Below are positions 1 to 10,861 of a stretch of DNA of 64,000 nucleotides, in pieces. Each line of letters opens with the position of its first letter. Within the stretch, counting starts at the first letter, position 1. The notes under the pieces are model-generated. The model was not told where the DNA came from. It searched no databases and saw nothing but the letters and a program-made list of their open reading frames with translations. This stretch comes from an uncultured Nitrososphaeraceae archaeon (lineage in GTDB: Archaea; Thermoproteota; Nitrososphaeria; Nitrososphaerales; Nitrososphaeraceae). The position numbers and the translations under genes are program-made. The stretch spans positions 160,001-224,000 of the forward strand of contig CAVXZB010000023.1 in assembly GCA_963765895.1 (NCBI GenBank). The letters are read 5' to 3'.

Positions 1-327
1 TAACTTTTCGGTATCCACAAAGAAACCGTCAAGAGCTGCACTGATAAAGTTCATACTTTGAAATTGGGGATATCGTTTGGATAAATACCCTAGTCCAATA
101 CTACCGGACAATTTTTCGAGTCCAACAAACTTCAAAAGATGATCATCTGCAGGCAGCGAACCTTGACCATCAATAAATTTATCATTTGAGGAAATCTTCC
201 AGTAGGCTTTACCTCTATGCTGAAGCATGCGCATTGAGTGTGCCAGAACATACACAACTTTTGCATTTGATTTCGCATCTATACTAGATACTCCGATTAT
301 TCCGGCCAAGACTGAATCCTCATTCAA
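1..327 (-). CDS. Amidophosphoribosyltransferase (PurF)-like protein, N-terminal part, truncated by window edge
   Basis: Manual translation from TTG at 327: (M)NEDSVLAGIIGVSS...MRMLQHRGKAYWKI..., resembling the PurF CGIxG...LQHRG N-terminus; open to position 1. Confidence 0.6.
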   Translation of the reverse strand, partial: MNEDSVLAGIIGVSSIDAKSNAKVVYVLAHSMRMLQHRGKAYWKISSNDKFIDGQGSLPADDHLLKFVGLEKLSGSIGLGYLSKRYPQFQSMNFISAALDGFFVDTEKL

Positions 328-837
328 AACTTCGAAAGGCAGGATAAAAACATTCAGTAGGTGAAGCCCTCACATATACCGCGCTGTAAATCATGGAGTT
401 GAGATTTGTAAAAGAAAAAGTAGGTTGGATGTCCCAATATCCTCACTTTGTCTTTCATTGTTTCCAAACGGCATGTCATTCCATTAGAAATCTATGCAAA
501 TGGACGAACTTTAAGAATACGTACAAGCTTACGAATAGCGGGATAAGGTATTGCACAATTCTATTAGTTAATGAACAGAAAAGTTGTCATGTCACTAGTT
601 TCCTATACTGACTAGTTCAGTCTTGTAGAAATATTAATGATTTACATACATCCTTATCTGATGATCTAGACCTTTAGTTAGATCCATTAAGCTCAGCTAT
701 TTTTCTAGCACCTAAATCTTAAACCTACCCGTAGATACTGTGACTCTGAGATGGACTTCTACCTGAGTCATCATAAACCAAGAATTACGTTTTAAATAGG
801 GTGACCATTACATTTACTGGTATGCAAAAGGTTAGAT

Positions 838-2757
838 ATGCTAATTGATATAGATCCGAATTTTAGAACTGATCCAAAAGACTATTCCAGAGTCGAGATT
901 GCGAAAATCAATTCTAATAATCTAAGGGGAAATCTATTCAACGAGTTCAGGAACCGAGATACTGAAAATATATCATGGGAATCTGAACAAATTGCAAAAT
1001 CCCACGGGATTTACTTGGAGTACAACAGAGCAAATACTGGGCGCGAGAAAGACTGGATGTACATGATACGTATAAGTATACCTGGTGGGGGACCAGTAAA
1101 TCATAGACAATGGAATATACTTGATAGGGTAGCTGATTTGTACTCTGCACACTCAATAGATTCCAAATCCGCGGCTGCGTCGAGTCTAAGAATAACAACT
1201 CGACAAAATATCCAGCTCCATTGGATTAAGAAAAAGGATGTTGTCAATACAATAAGCGAAATAGCAAAATCTGGATTTTTTACGATTAATGGCTGTGGAG
1301 ACAATACTAGAAATGTAGTTGGTTGTCCATTATCTAAATCTTCAGGCATTTTTGATTCTAATAAATGGGCGCAAAAAATAGCAAAATACTTTGCACTCCC
1401 GCCATCTGCATATGTTGAAATATTTGAGATAGATCCAAACTATTTGAGAGAGGCTGGGTTATACGAAAGGCATCCTGGAATAACTGGATTTGATTATGGT
1501 CCTAATCAATTAAACCGAAAGTTCAAAATCGCTTTCTCGGCTATCCACAAAGTAGAAGGCAAGAAGTATGTTCCAGACAATTGTGTCGAGCTAAGAACCA
1601 ATGACATAGGAGTCGCTCCGGTCATTAATGATTGTAAAGATGGTTGCCGGAGCGTAGATCGGTTTCAGGTTTACATAGGTGGTGGTCAAGGTCAGCAATC
1701 TGGAAAACCCACTATCGCAGCTCTCAGTGAACCGTTTGGGATATTTACCGAAGAAAACCTTCTCAAGGGCTTAGATGCTATCGTAAGAATCCACAAAGAA
1801 TGGGGAGACAGACAAAACAGGCATTGGGGCAGATTGAAATATGTAGTAAGAGTCAAGGGAGTTGAATGGTTTAGAGAGCAAGTAAGAAATATTGCGGGCA
1901 CTATTTTTGATGCTCCAATATTGGATCATGATTATGGAAAAAGAAATTTACATCTAGGATGGACAAAACAATATGAACCTGCATGTCATGACAAGAATTT
2001 CAAATGGTGGTATGGCGCTTTTATAGAAAATGGGAGATTAATAGATGGTGGACCAAACGGCGATTTGAAGAGTATGATCAAGTATTTACTAAACAAATAC
2101 ACAACAACTCAGCTTTTCACAACCCCCAACCAACATTTACTCTTTTCAAATATTGGTGATAATGAGAGAGACGAATTTGAAAGTGATATGAAGTTATTCG
2201 GTTATGGTCTTCGTAGGGGTTTTACTAATTCAGTTGAAAATATGAAAGGTCCAAGGCCATATTCCATGCTAAGGATGTTGTCAGGAGCGTGTGTTGGAAG
2301 AGACACATGTAGATTAACATATACTGACTCGGAAAAATTCGAGCCCTACCTAATTGATGCATTAGAAGAAAAGTGGGGAGAATTAAATGAATCCATAGGC
2401 GTTACAGGTTGTGAGAAGCAGTGTTATAGACCAGCGACAAAGACAATAGGTTGGGTAGGTACTGGCTTTAACCTCTACCAGTTAATCATAATGGGAACTG
2501 AAGATGGGAAACATCAAGGAGTCCCACTTATGGATCAAGAGACAAATGAACAATACCTTCGTTTTGTACCGCGAAATGCGATTGCTGAAGTTACAGATGC
2601 GCTCTTCGAATTATACTCAGAAAATAAGTCTATAGATGAAAGTAAACCTGGAGAAATGGGTTATTTCTTTAGGAGGATTAGTGCAAAAGGAATAATTTCT
2701 AGTCTAAAGTCGAATCCCAAAACTGTCGAGCTGATGAAGAGGACATTTAAAATATGA
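838..2757 (+). CDS. sir: Ferredoxin-dependent sulfite/nitrite reductase (siroheme, 4Fe-4S)
   Basis: LRITTRQNIQLH, GDNTRNVVGCP, RKFKIA; siroheme/Fe-S cysteines ACVGRDTC...TGCEKQC. Confidence 0.88.
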   Translation: MLIDIDPNFRTDPKDYSRVEIAKINSNNLRGNLFNEFRNRDTENISWESEQIAKSHGIYLEYNRANTGREKDWMYMIRISIPGGGPVNHRQWNILDRVADLYSAHSIDSKSAAASSLRITTRQNIQLHWIKKKDVVNTISEIAKSGFFTINGCGDNTRNVVGCPLSKSSGIFDSNKWAQKIAKYFALPPSAYVEIFEIDPNYLREAGLYERHPGITGFDYGPNQLNRKFKIAFSAIHKVEGKKYVPDNCVELRTNDIGVAPVINDCKDGCRSVDRFQVYIGGGQGQQSGKPTIAALSEPFGIFTEENLLKGLDAIVRIHKEWGDRQNRHWGRLKYVVRVKGVEWFREQVRNIAGTIFDAPILDHDYGKRNLHLGWTKQYEPACHDKNFKWWYGAFIENGRLIDGGPNGDLKSMIKYLLNKYTTTQLFTTPNQHLLFSNIGDNERDEFESDMKLFGYGLRRGFTNSVENMKGPRPYSMLRMLSGACVGRDTCRLTYTDSEKFEPYLIDALEEKWGELNESIGVTGCEKQCYRPATKTIGWVGTGFNLYQLIIMGTEDGKHQGVPLMDQETNEQYLRFVPRNAIAEVTDALFELYSENKSIDESKPGEMGYFFRRISAKGIISSLKSNPKTVELMKRTFKI

Positions 2758-3116
2758 TAATAGAGAATTAATTTAATCGATTAATTACGGTCATAATACG
2801 GTTGTTCAGCTTGAATTTCTGTTATGTGAGTCGAATCTATATAACAGACACCTGGATTAATAGACTTATTATGTTGCAGTACACCCTATAGATCCAACAA
2901 TGTTTATCTTGCAATAATATCAGATTCAAAGTAACGTTTTGGAATGATGTAGCGAGTAGGAAGCAATCATCTCAAATTAAGCAGCCTAAAGCGTATTTGA
3001 TATGGTCAACTACATTAGAATACTACGTTTACGTTTTAGTTTTTATATAAGTTATTCATAATCATTAGACCTCTAAATCGACTAGATTTATTAAGAATCG
3101 ATTATCGATCATAGAT

Positions 3117-4322
3117 ATGATTATAGGTATAATTGGTAAATCCAATGTTGGTAAATCCACTTTTTTCAATGCTGTGACAGATCTTAGTGTCCAGACTGCT
3201 AATTACCCCTTCACTACTATAGAACCAAATGTGGGCGTTGCATATATTAGGATTGAATGTGTTTGTAAAGAATTTGAAGTCCAGGACAACCCGGTCCACT
3301 CGGTTTGCATTGATGGTGTCAGATTTGTCCCAGTAAAAGTCATAGATATTGCAGGTTTAGTTCCAGGTGCTCACCTTGGCAAGGGTGTGGGGAATAAGTT
3401 CTTGGATGATTCCCGTCAAGCAGATGGGCTGATTCACGTAGTAGATGCTTCTGGATCTACAGATAGTGAAGGTAGGCCGGTCGCCTCCGGGACTGCAGAT
3501 CCCCTATATGATATTAAATTTGTGAAGGAAGAGTTTGATCGCTGGCTTTGTTCCATCGCAGGAAAAGAATGGAACAAGTTCGCAAGGGAGTCTGAAAATA
3601 AGGGGCAAAAGATTGACGTTCTACTTGCAAAAAGACTATCAGGTCTAGCCATTAACGATATGCAAATAACAAGAGCGATTCATCAGTCTAATCTAGATAA
3701 CAAGAAGCCAATTCAGTGGGACGAAGAGGACATTTTGAATTTCAGCAGAATTGTGCGAATTTTATCCAAACCAACTATAATTGCTGCAAATAAGATAGAT
3801 ATCTCTTCTACTGAAACAAATATTATGATTATGAAAGAAAAAGGACATGATAATATTATCCCCTGCGCTGCAGAAGCTGAAGTACTGCTTAGACGAGCAG
3901 CAAAGAATAAAATCTTGCATTACCTCCCAGGTGATCGTTCGTTTGAAATAAGACCGAATACTAATTTAAATGAACAACAGATAAAGGCCCTGAATACCAT
4001 TAATGTACTATTCAAAAAATATGGTTCTACTGGTGTGCAGGATGTGCTAAATAAGCTGTGCTTTGAATCATTAAAACTAATTGCTGTATTTCCTGTTGAA
4101 GACGAATTCAAGTTAACTGACAAGAAGGGAAATGTTTTACCAGATACTTATTTACTACCAGATGGATCGACGCCGAAAGACTTGGCGATGAAGATACATG
4201 CAGATCTTGCGAAAAGTTTTCTTTACGCCATTGATGCCCGAACTAAACAACGATTAGGTGCTGAGTATGTACTCAAACACAGAGACGTAATAAAATTGGT
4301 CTCTACCGCAAGTAGAAGGTAA
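3117..4322 (+). CDS. ychF: Obg-family YchF-like NTPase (archaeal Ygr210 type)
   Basis: GKSNVGKST, NYPFTTIEPN, DIAGLVPGA, NKID; C-terminal TGS domain. Confidence 0.9.
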   Translation: MIIGIIGKSNVGKSTFFNAVTDLSVQTANYPFTTIEPNVGVAYIRIECVCKEFEVQDNPVHSVCIDGVRFVPVKVIDIAGLVPGAHLGKGVGNKFLDDSRQADGLIHVVDASGSTDSEGRPVASGTADPLYDIKFVKEEFDRWLCSIAGKEWNKFARESENKGQKIDVLLAKRLSGLAINDMQITRAIHQSNLDNKKPIQWDEEDILNFSRIVRILSKPTIIAANKIDISSTETNIMIMKEKGHDNIIPCAAEAEVLLRRAAKNKILHYLPGDRSFEIRPNTNLNEQQIKALNTINVLFKKYGSTGVQDVLNKLCFESLKLIAVFPVEDEFKLTDKKGNVLPDTYLLPDGSTPKDLAMKIHADLAKSFLYAIDARTKQRLGAEYVLKHRDVIKLVSTASRR

Positions 4323-4328
4323 CGTTTT

Positions 4329-5349
4329 ATGTATTCGCTTGGTATAGAAAGTACTGCTCATACAATTGGATGTTCGGTGATTAAAGTCAATCCAAAGAAA
4401 TTAGAATCCGACGAAAGATGTAAGATCCTATCGGATGTTCGTGCGGTTTACAAAGCTCCAACCGGATCTGGAATCCATCCTCGCGAAGCCTCTCGACATC
4501 ATTGCGAGAAAGCCCCATATATAGTAAAAAATTCCCTCAGTGAGTCTGGAATCAAGGCTGCTGACCTAGATATGATTGCATATTCAGCAGGTCCGGGTTT
4601 GGGACCATGTCTCAGGGTCGGTGCAGTTCTTGCGCGTACCCTGGCAGCCTTTCATCATAAACCGCTTGTTCCTGTGAATCACGCCTTAGGACATATAGAA
4701 TTGAGCCTAATGCTAACCAATTCGTCCGATCCGGTGGTCCTGCTCGTCTCAGGAGGACACACAATGATTCTTGGATTTAACAACAAGAAATGGAGAGTAT
4801 TTGGTGAGACACTTGATATCACTATTGGACAGCTACTAGACCAATTTGGTAGAGCAATGGGATTTGCCTCACCATGCGGTTCGGTGATAGAGCAGCTTGC
4901 AAGTGAGTCTTCAAGGCGGTATCTCCCCTTGCCCTACATTATAAAGGGAAACGATGTTTCACTCTCTGGATTACTTACTGCAGCCATAGAACGTGGAAAA
5001 GAAAAGAATACCCTTTTGACTGATGTGTGTTACTCATTGCAGGAGACATCGTTTGCGATCCTAACAGAAGCTGTAGAAAGAGCGCTTTCATTTAGTAACA
5101 AAACGGAGGTTTTAGTTGTGGGAGGAGTAGCTGCCAATAAAAGACTCGGACAGATGCTACTGGGCGCCTGTAAGAGGTTATCAAGCAGCCTATTCATCTG
5201 CCCTATTCATTATGCTGGAGATAATGGTGCTCAGATTGCCTGGACTGGTGCAATCGACCACCTTTCAACTGGAAATAGAATCCAAGTAGAACTAGGCAGC
5301 TATTCAACAATCATGGAGATTAGACACAGTCGAGGTCACTTGGAGATAG
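4329..5349 (+). CDS. kae1: KEOPS t6A synthase Kae1 (one apparent frameshift at ~5295)
   Basis: LGIESTAHT, GIHPREA, GPGLGPCL, VNHALGHIE, VSGGHT, DNGAQIA; removing one G restores the conserved end QQSWRLDTVEVTWR* (TAG 5347-5349). Confidence 0.93.
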
Positions 5350-5362
5350 CCGAGATAAATAT

Positions 5363-5740
5363 TCACTTACGACTGTGGTCTGACCGCTCATTTGGGTTAT
5401 TATTTCTTTCTAGGTATATTTCCTTCTGTTCTTCGATCAGCTTTACCCATTTATGGATATTAAAAACCCCGAATTTGAATGCCTTGTCATCTATTGTGGT
5501 TATTACTACTTTTTTGATTATAAATCCTTCTGATTTGGCAGAAGATATCTTGTCTAGAGGCAGATCCAAAAGGACTCCTTCAACCTTCTTTGACAATGTA
5601 GCCATCATACCTTCTGTCTTCTCAAAGATGATTCTTTGATTAGTTAGGGTAAGAATTCCATTCTTTAATCTGTCTTCTGCACAATCTTCCTGAAATACCC
5701 TTATCTCTCCCTCCTTAGGATCCGCTTCTGAAGAACTCAT
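5363..5740 (-). CDS. Small PH/GRAM-like fold protein
   Basis: G-ILTLTNQRIIF...LPLDKISS...KWVKLIEE pattern typical of PH-like domains. Confidence 0.6.
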   Translation of the reverse strand: MSSSEADPKEGEIRVFQEDCAEDRLKNGILTLTNQRIIFEKTEGMMATLSKKVEGVLLDLPLDKISSAKSEGFIIKKVVITTIDDKAFKFGVFNIHKWVKLIEEQKEIYLERNNNPNERSDHSRK

Positions 5741-6504
5741 CGGAACTATATTATTTAGGCGCGTATTATAGATTACGTAGGCCTAGTCTCACAAGTCGGA
5801 TTATAGATGATTTCTGATAAATAAAACGTGATTAGTATTAGTTTTCGATTAGGATTTCCAGTTGAGACAGTGTTAAATACAGGTATGTAATTCTAGTAGA
5901 TACCAAAATCTTCGAAATGGATTTCATAGTAATGTTTACGATACAATTATTTCCCTGTATTCTGTATTGAGGGCACGAAATGTGTTGTTAATAAGGGATA
6001 CCTCTACAGGATACAATAGCTGCTCAATGATACGGAGATAGAAAAGATGAATTTTGTGATGTTATTGATGATTGTGAGAGATAATAAATTTTCGCTCTCA
6101 TAAGAGTAACTTAGATGGATTACACGATATAACTTGAGAGTAGCAATCATATAAAGACATGAATATCACAATTGTCAATTCAATAGTTATCCAATGCTTA
6201 TTCAAACAGCTTTGGATATTGGAATAAATATGCAATAAATATGCAATAGTAGTGAATACCACCATCATTAGTAATAATTATAGTTTAGACATCATGATAT
6301 ACATTGTTACTCAGTGCGGCGCTAACGAAATTCCCTTGTCTATCTTTAGAATATATTGCTTATTTCTAACTTGATTCCTTAATATAGGTGTGAGGAAATA
6401 AATCTAAGGCCATATCCAACACTGATGCACCCCATAAGCCCCTTATTGATATAAGGCTACACTTTGTATAGTATTATTTATGAAACAAATAATCTGTAAA
6501 ATAA

Positions 6505-6762
6505 TCACGATTTAGCTTTCCCTCTTTTTCTTGTCAATAGTGCAGCATTCTTGCGCTCAATCAATCCTTGGTCGTAGCCATAATCAAAATAAATCACATT
6601 TGATGTTTCGTATTCTGGATTATCTATTTCTAATTCTTCGATACTCATTAAAGCATCAAAAGAATTAACGTAACTATGGGATTTCATTAGTAAATTCCAT
6701 CTATGTCTTGTGGCTTGTTTGGCTAGGTCTATTGTTGAAAATACACCGATTTTCATGAACAA
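6505..6762 (-). CDS. Hypothetical protein or gene remnant
   Basis: 85-aa ORF downstream of the His-rich peptide gene; no family recognised. Confidence 0.3.
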   Translation of the reverse strand: MFMKIGVFSTIDLAKQATRHRWNLLMKSHSYVNSFDALMSIEELEIDNPEYETSNVIYFDYGYDQGLIERKNAALLTRKRGKAKS

Positions 6763-6774
6763 AAAATAACATAA

Positions 6775-6800
6775 TTTTTTATTCCAAAAAAAGAAAAAAA
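6775..6800 (-). terminator. Oligo-T terminator of the His-rich peptide gene
   Basis: Two T7 runs on the - strand ~60 nt after the stop at 6860. Confidence 0.5.
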
Positions 6801-6859
6801 TGGCTGCATTGTCAGCGTAGTTTATATTGATTATACTCTAGCCTACTGGGGACGTTTTT

Positions 6860-7018
6860 CTAATGGTGGCGATGATGGAAGAAGTGGTGGTGATGGTGGT
6901 GGTGGTGGTGGTCTGAATGTGCGAATGCATTGTTGGTTAGAGCAGGCGCAGTGGCTACTAGAGCTAATGCAGCTATCATTGCAAGTATGCCTATAACTGT
7001 GGTGGTTCGAGTTTTCAA
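6860..7018 (-). CDS. Secreted poly-histidine peptide precursor (52 aa)
   Basis: TTG start; MKTRTTTVIGILAMIAALALVATAPALTNNAFA|HSDHHHHHHHHHFFHHRHH*; TATA-like TATATAA ~25 nt upstream; T-tract downstream; below ORF-track cutoff. Confidence 0.8.
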   Translation of the reverse strand: MKTRTTTVIGILAMIAALALVATAPALTNNAFAHSDHHHHHHHHHFFHHRHH

Positions 7019-7453
7019 CTTACTACAGTATTAGATTTTGTTATATATTAGGTTAAGGTAACAAAGTAAACTGATGCAGTTACCAAATATTAGTATATTC
7101 GACAAATGTACTGCCGGTGACAAATGAGGCAATGAGTATTGTAATTTGTTTCTTTAACCCAATCTCAATCATAAGTTTCACAAGTTAAACTATAATTCGC
7201 ATTTATGATGGGATATCTTATACCTATTGTCACTGCTGTTATCAGTCTACTAGTAAAATAATTTACAGTCAAATACTCCTAACGATATACGTCAACCTAT
7301 GTGTAAGCAAATTACTGTATAGAACATGAGATATCCCAAGAACCGATAGAGAGGACAAATGCATGTTTTCACAGGACTGAATCCGCTCTAAACTCAACAG
7401 TTTGGACCATATAAAATACTATCTACAATGGTTACTTAGCTAGAAATTGTAGG

Positions 7454-7704
7454 CGACCGTTGTAGAATTCAGCCGTCTTAGGGGATGATACTCACCTACC
7501 TATGATATCTCGGCTGAATTCGATTTAACGATCGGCTGCTGATTGACAGTCAATATTATAGAGATGGGGTTGGTATTATACATTAGATAACATAGTTAAA
7601 TTTAGATAAATAACATCTTCGTCACAATTATATTTTGGCCGTTGGCAAATTGCGGTCAAGGTTTCTACGTGGTGGTGGTACTTGATTGCAAGATCCAACG
7701 GCCA
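7454..7704 (+). ncRNA. Candidate structured RNA: two long hairpins
   Basis: GAATTCAGCCG(7465-75)/CGGCTGAATTC(7511-21); TGGCCGTTGG(7636-45)/CCAACGGCCA(7695-7704) enclosing an 11-bp stem with two G-U pairs. Confidence 0.4.
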
Positions 7705-8277
7705 CTTCAATTGTTAATTTAAAATTATACAAAGAATATTCAAATAAATTTCTAAATTTGTACAAACTAGCGAACCTAAGATTTTCGATGCTTATGCTAT
7801 CTCCAAATTATCAAAAATGCCGCCAAAATTCATCCAAATGCAAGGAGATGTGGTGCTGAATCAAAATCTGCCACATGTAAGTCTTATCTAGAGATAGCAT
7901 AATCAACATACTTGTAAAACACACAACAGTAGTAAGAGATTCTGCTGCGTCATCCAGAGTGTGAGAGTTTATCTGTGAAGGCAGCTAGTATAAATTGAAT
8001 TTAGAATCTAACAAAAGTTAAACTTAGCCGAAATATTGATCTGGTTTTTATAGTTTATAAGATGCACTTCTGACGGCGTTGGAAAAAGGATAATATTATC
8101 AGACAGAGTTGATAGTTCCTTGATAGGTTTATCCTCACATAGAATAAAACATGGAACTGCGAGACCTGAGAGGTTCTGAATATAAATTAGTTGGCGGATC
8201 AAGTATAGCATGACTATTTGAAATCTTAATCTAGAAACACAATAATTATACATCAGAAAAATCGTCACTATTCATAT

Positions 8278-8892
8278 TTGAATATGGATTATCTAGAGCA
8301 TCTCCGTAATTCAGACCATCGCCTGGCTAAAATTATCGCTGTGATTGGATCATATTCTATAAAGAAAAAGAATGATTCATTTCAAGCATTGATAGAATCT
8401 ATAATCTATCAGCAACTAAATGGACGTGCTGCTGACACCATTTGCGGGAGATTATATGCATATTACGAAAATTCGATCCCAACGCCAAAACAAATTATTT
8501 CGAGCTCAGACAATGAACTAAGAACTCAAGTAGGTCTATCAGGAATGAAAATTATGTATCTAAAGGATCTTGCAACTCATATTCTAGACAATAGGTTGAG
8601 CTTGTTTGACCTACCTAGAATGGAAGATGGAGAAATAATTAGTAGGTTAACAAGAGTAAAAGGCATAGGAAGATGGACAGCAGAAATGTATTTGATGTTC
8701 TTTCTGGGTAGGGAAGATGTATTACCTGTAACTGATCTAGGTTTGAGAAATGCCATGAAAAGAATTTATTCGTTAGATAAGCTTCCTACACCTATGAAGA
8801 TGATTGAGATAGCCAACCCCTGGAGACCATATAGGAGTGTTGCCACGTGGTATTTGTGGAAGTCTTTATCTAATTTTAATAGTATTGGTTAA
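8278..8892 (+). CDS. alkA: DNA-3-methyladenine glycosylase, AlkA/HhH-GPD family
   Basis: SIIYQQL, HhH motif LTRVKGIGRWTAEM, DLGLR, WRPYRSVATWYLW. Confidence 0.88.
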   Translation: MNMDYLEHLRNSDHRLAKIIAVIGSYSIKKKNDSFQALIESIIYQQLNGRAADTICGRLYAYYENSIPTPKQIISSSDNELRTQVGLSGMKIMYLKDLATHILDNRLSLFDLPRMEDGEIISRLTRVKGIGRWTAEMYLMFFLGREDVLPVTDLGLRNAMKRIYSLDKLPTPMKMIEIANPWRPYRSVATWYLWKSLSNFNSIG

Positions 8893-9354
8893 AGTTGAGG
8901 TGATTCGACACGGACTTAAGGGTGATTTCTAAATATTGCCAAACTTACTAAAGCTTCAAATTCCACGATATTGACTTGATTTCTATCATAATTTTTCTGT
9001 TGTATGTAAGCGACTAGTGTGGCCTGAAATTGCAAGTACAGACTGAATCCAATTGATATAAAGTCCCTGAGCCCATTGTCATGTCTATATTGCTCAGCAC
9101 GTATAAATAATAATACTAATCTCACGCTGAGCCAAATCTTAGGCTACAAACAATCATGTAAAAAAGCATATTTTTGAAATCAACATGGGATTTGTATCGG
9201 TATTATCTAATTTGAAGTGGTGCTATGTATATAAAATCATATTTGTACTAGGAATATCAAATATATATATTATTATTATAATGTTAAATGGTTAGTTACC
9301 ATTGTTAATTAATAAATAAATAGTTATTACAACATTGAAGGCACTAGAAAAACA

Positions 9355-9840
9355 ATGAATAGATTAACAACAATCTCATTTGTTGCAGTTATCGCACTTG
9401 CAGCAATACTCTTAACATCGTCCATGGCACATGTTAGCCCAGTGGTCGCAAAGAAAAGCGGAAGTACCAGCGATAAAAGTGGCAGCAGTGGAAGTAGCGG
9501 TGGCAGCAGTGGAAGTAGCGGTGGCAGCAGTGGAAGTAGTAGTAGTAGCGAGCAGTAGCTCATCTAAAAGCGACTATGATAAATTCCAGAAATGCCTCTC
9601 GGATGCCGCTTCAAGTGGGGGGTCTGCAACCAAATCACAAATAAAGACTTGCTATGGCTCAACCTATGGAACAGGTGGCAGCAGTGGAAGTAGCGGTGGC
9701 GAGCAGTGGAAGTAGCGGTGGGAGCAGTGGAAGTAGCGGTGGCAGCAGTGGAAGTAGCGGTGGCAGCAGTGGAAGTAGCGGTGGCAGCAGTGGCGCTGGA
9801 GCCTAGTGACAACACAATAACAATAGATAGCAAGATTTAG
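9355..9840 (+). CDS. Secreted Gly/Ser-rich repeat protein with two-Cys core (apparent frameshifts ~9550, ~9701; stop at 9806 or 9840)
   Basis: Signal peptide MNRLTTISFVAVIALAAILL..., (GSSGSSG)n tracts flanking DYDKFQKCLSDAA...QIKTCYG. Confidence 0.7.
9481..9793 (+). repeat. 21-bp coding tandem repeat GGCAGCAGTGGAAGTAGCGGT in two blocks
   Basis: About 3 copies at 9481-9540 and about 5.5 copies at 9677-9793. Confidence 0.9.
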
Positions 9841-10369
9841 ATCACAACCATAGTTTTACTATCTACACCTTTTTTGATTTCTAATTTATGCGGCCTAATA
9901 GGTAGTTTGAACGCTCTCCATCTAATCATCTTTTGTAGTTCGAAGAATAATTCAAAAATACAGAACATACTCCCGGGCTAATACAAAATTAAGGTAAACT
10001 GATATTGGTAAGATCATTGCTTGGGATATGTACAATAAGAAACTCTTAATGTCATAAATGTTAAGAAAATGATTATAAGGATTTGACAACGAGAGTGGGC
10101 ATGACCTAGACAGTTTACTATATAACGCCAACGATGAATAATGCTAATCTCAGACTATCAATTTACGTAATATCTGGATTTGTGACTAATTAATGTAAAT
10201 AGACTTTACAGACCTTCTTTTAATAAATATCACGCTGAAATGTGAATAATATGAGATGTGATACGGGTTGGATTATGCTATTTATCTTGTCTTACCGCAA
10301 AAAATCGACAAAATAAAAACGAAAATATTTTTATGTGGAAACTGAAAAGTACAACGCAGTACCAAAGAA

Positions 10370-10543
10370 ATGATGACTGACGACGACATACTTGAAATGC
10401 TGCCTCGACGACATGCAGACTTGCCGATCAAAGACATTACAAATAGAATGGATAATTTGATAATAAGAAGAAAGGTACGAATTGTATTGGATGATTTTGA
10501 TGAACCTTGGTATTTTCGAAATGAAGAAAGAGAAAGGAAATGA
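10370..10543 (+). CDS. Small hypothetical protein (possible winged-helix fragment)
   Basis: MMTDDDILEMLPRRHADLPIKDITNRMDNLIIRRKVRIVLDDFDEPWYFRNEERERK*. Confidence 0.3.
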   Translation: MMTDDDILEMLPRRHADLPIKDITNRMDNLIIRRKVRIVLDDFDEPWYFRNEERERK

Positions 10544-10861
10544 ACTGTCTTATTTGCCTGCAAACGAATTTCAGTATGGCTGAGGCTTAATAGCTGGGGT
10601 TTGATATAATGTGATACCTGACTCTTACAGGACTGAATACAAATGAAAGTATATCAAGTGATAACTCATGACGAACAACAGACAATCGTCTTATTTACCA
10701 TTAGCTATAATCTTTTGAGCTAATGCTTGAGTAGCTCCATAAAAAGTCATTATAACTCATCAGTAATAAAGCAATTTAGTGACGTAGTCATGTAGTTACG
10801 ATTAAAAAAAATTTTGCTGTTTTTCGGCTTAAGTCCGAAGCTAATTAGACCTGAATAAACA

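Noticed and set aside
354-479. 41-aa minus-strand ORF upstream of the purF-like gene
   Set aside because: No motif or other support
5296-5639. Apparent C-terminal extension of Kae1 in the ORF track
   Set aside because: Frameshift read-through antisense to the 5363-5740 gene; the canonical end lies in another frame
9481-9793. 21-bp repeats as a CRISPR array
   Set aside because: No spacers and codon-phased Gly/Ser; no CRISPR array or cas genes seen in the window
9327-9833. Leu/Pro-, Val/Ala- and Thr/Ala-rich ORFs
   Set aside because: Alternative frames of the Gly/Ser repeat
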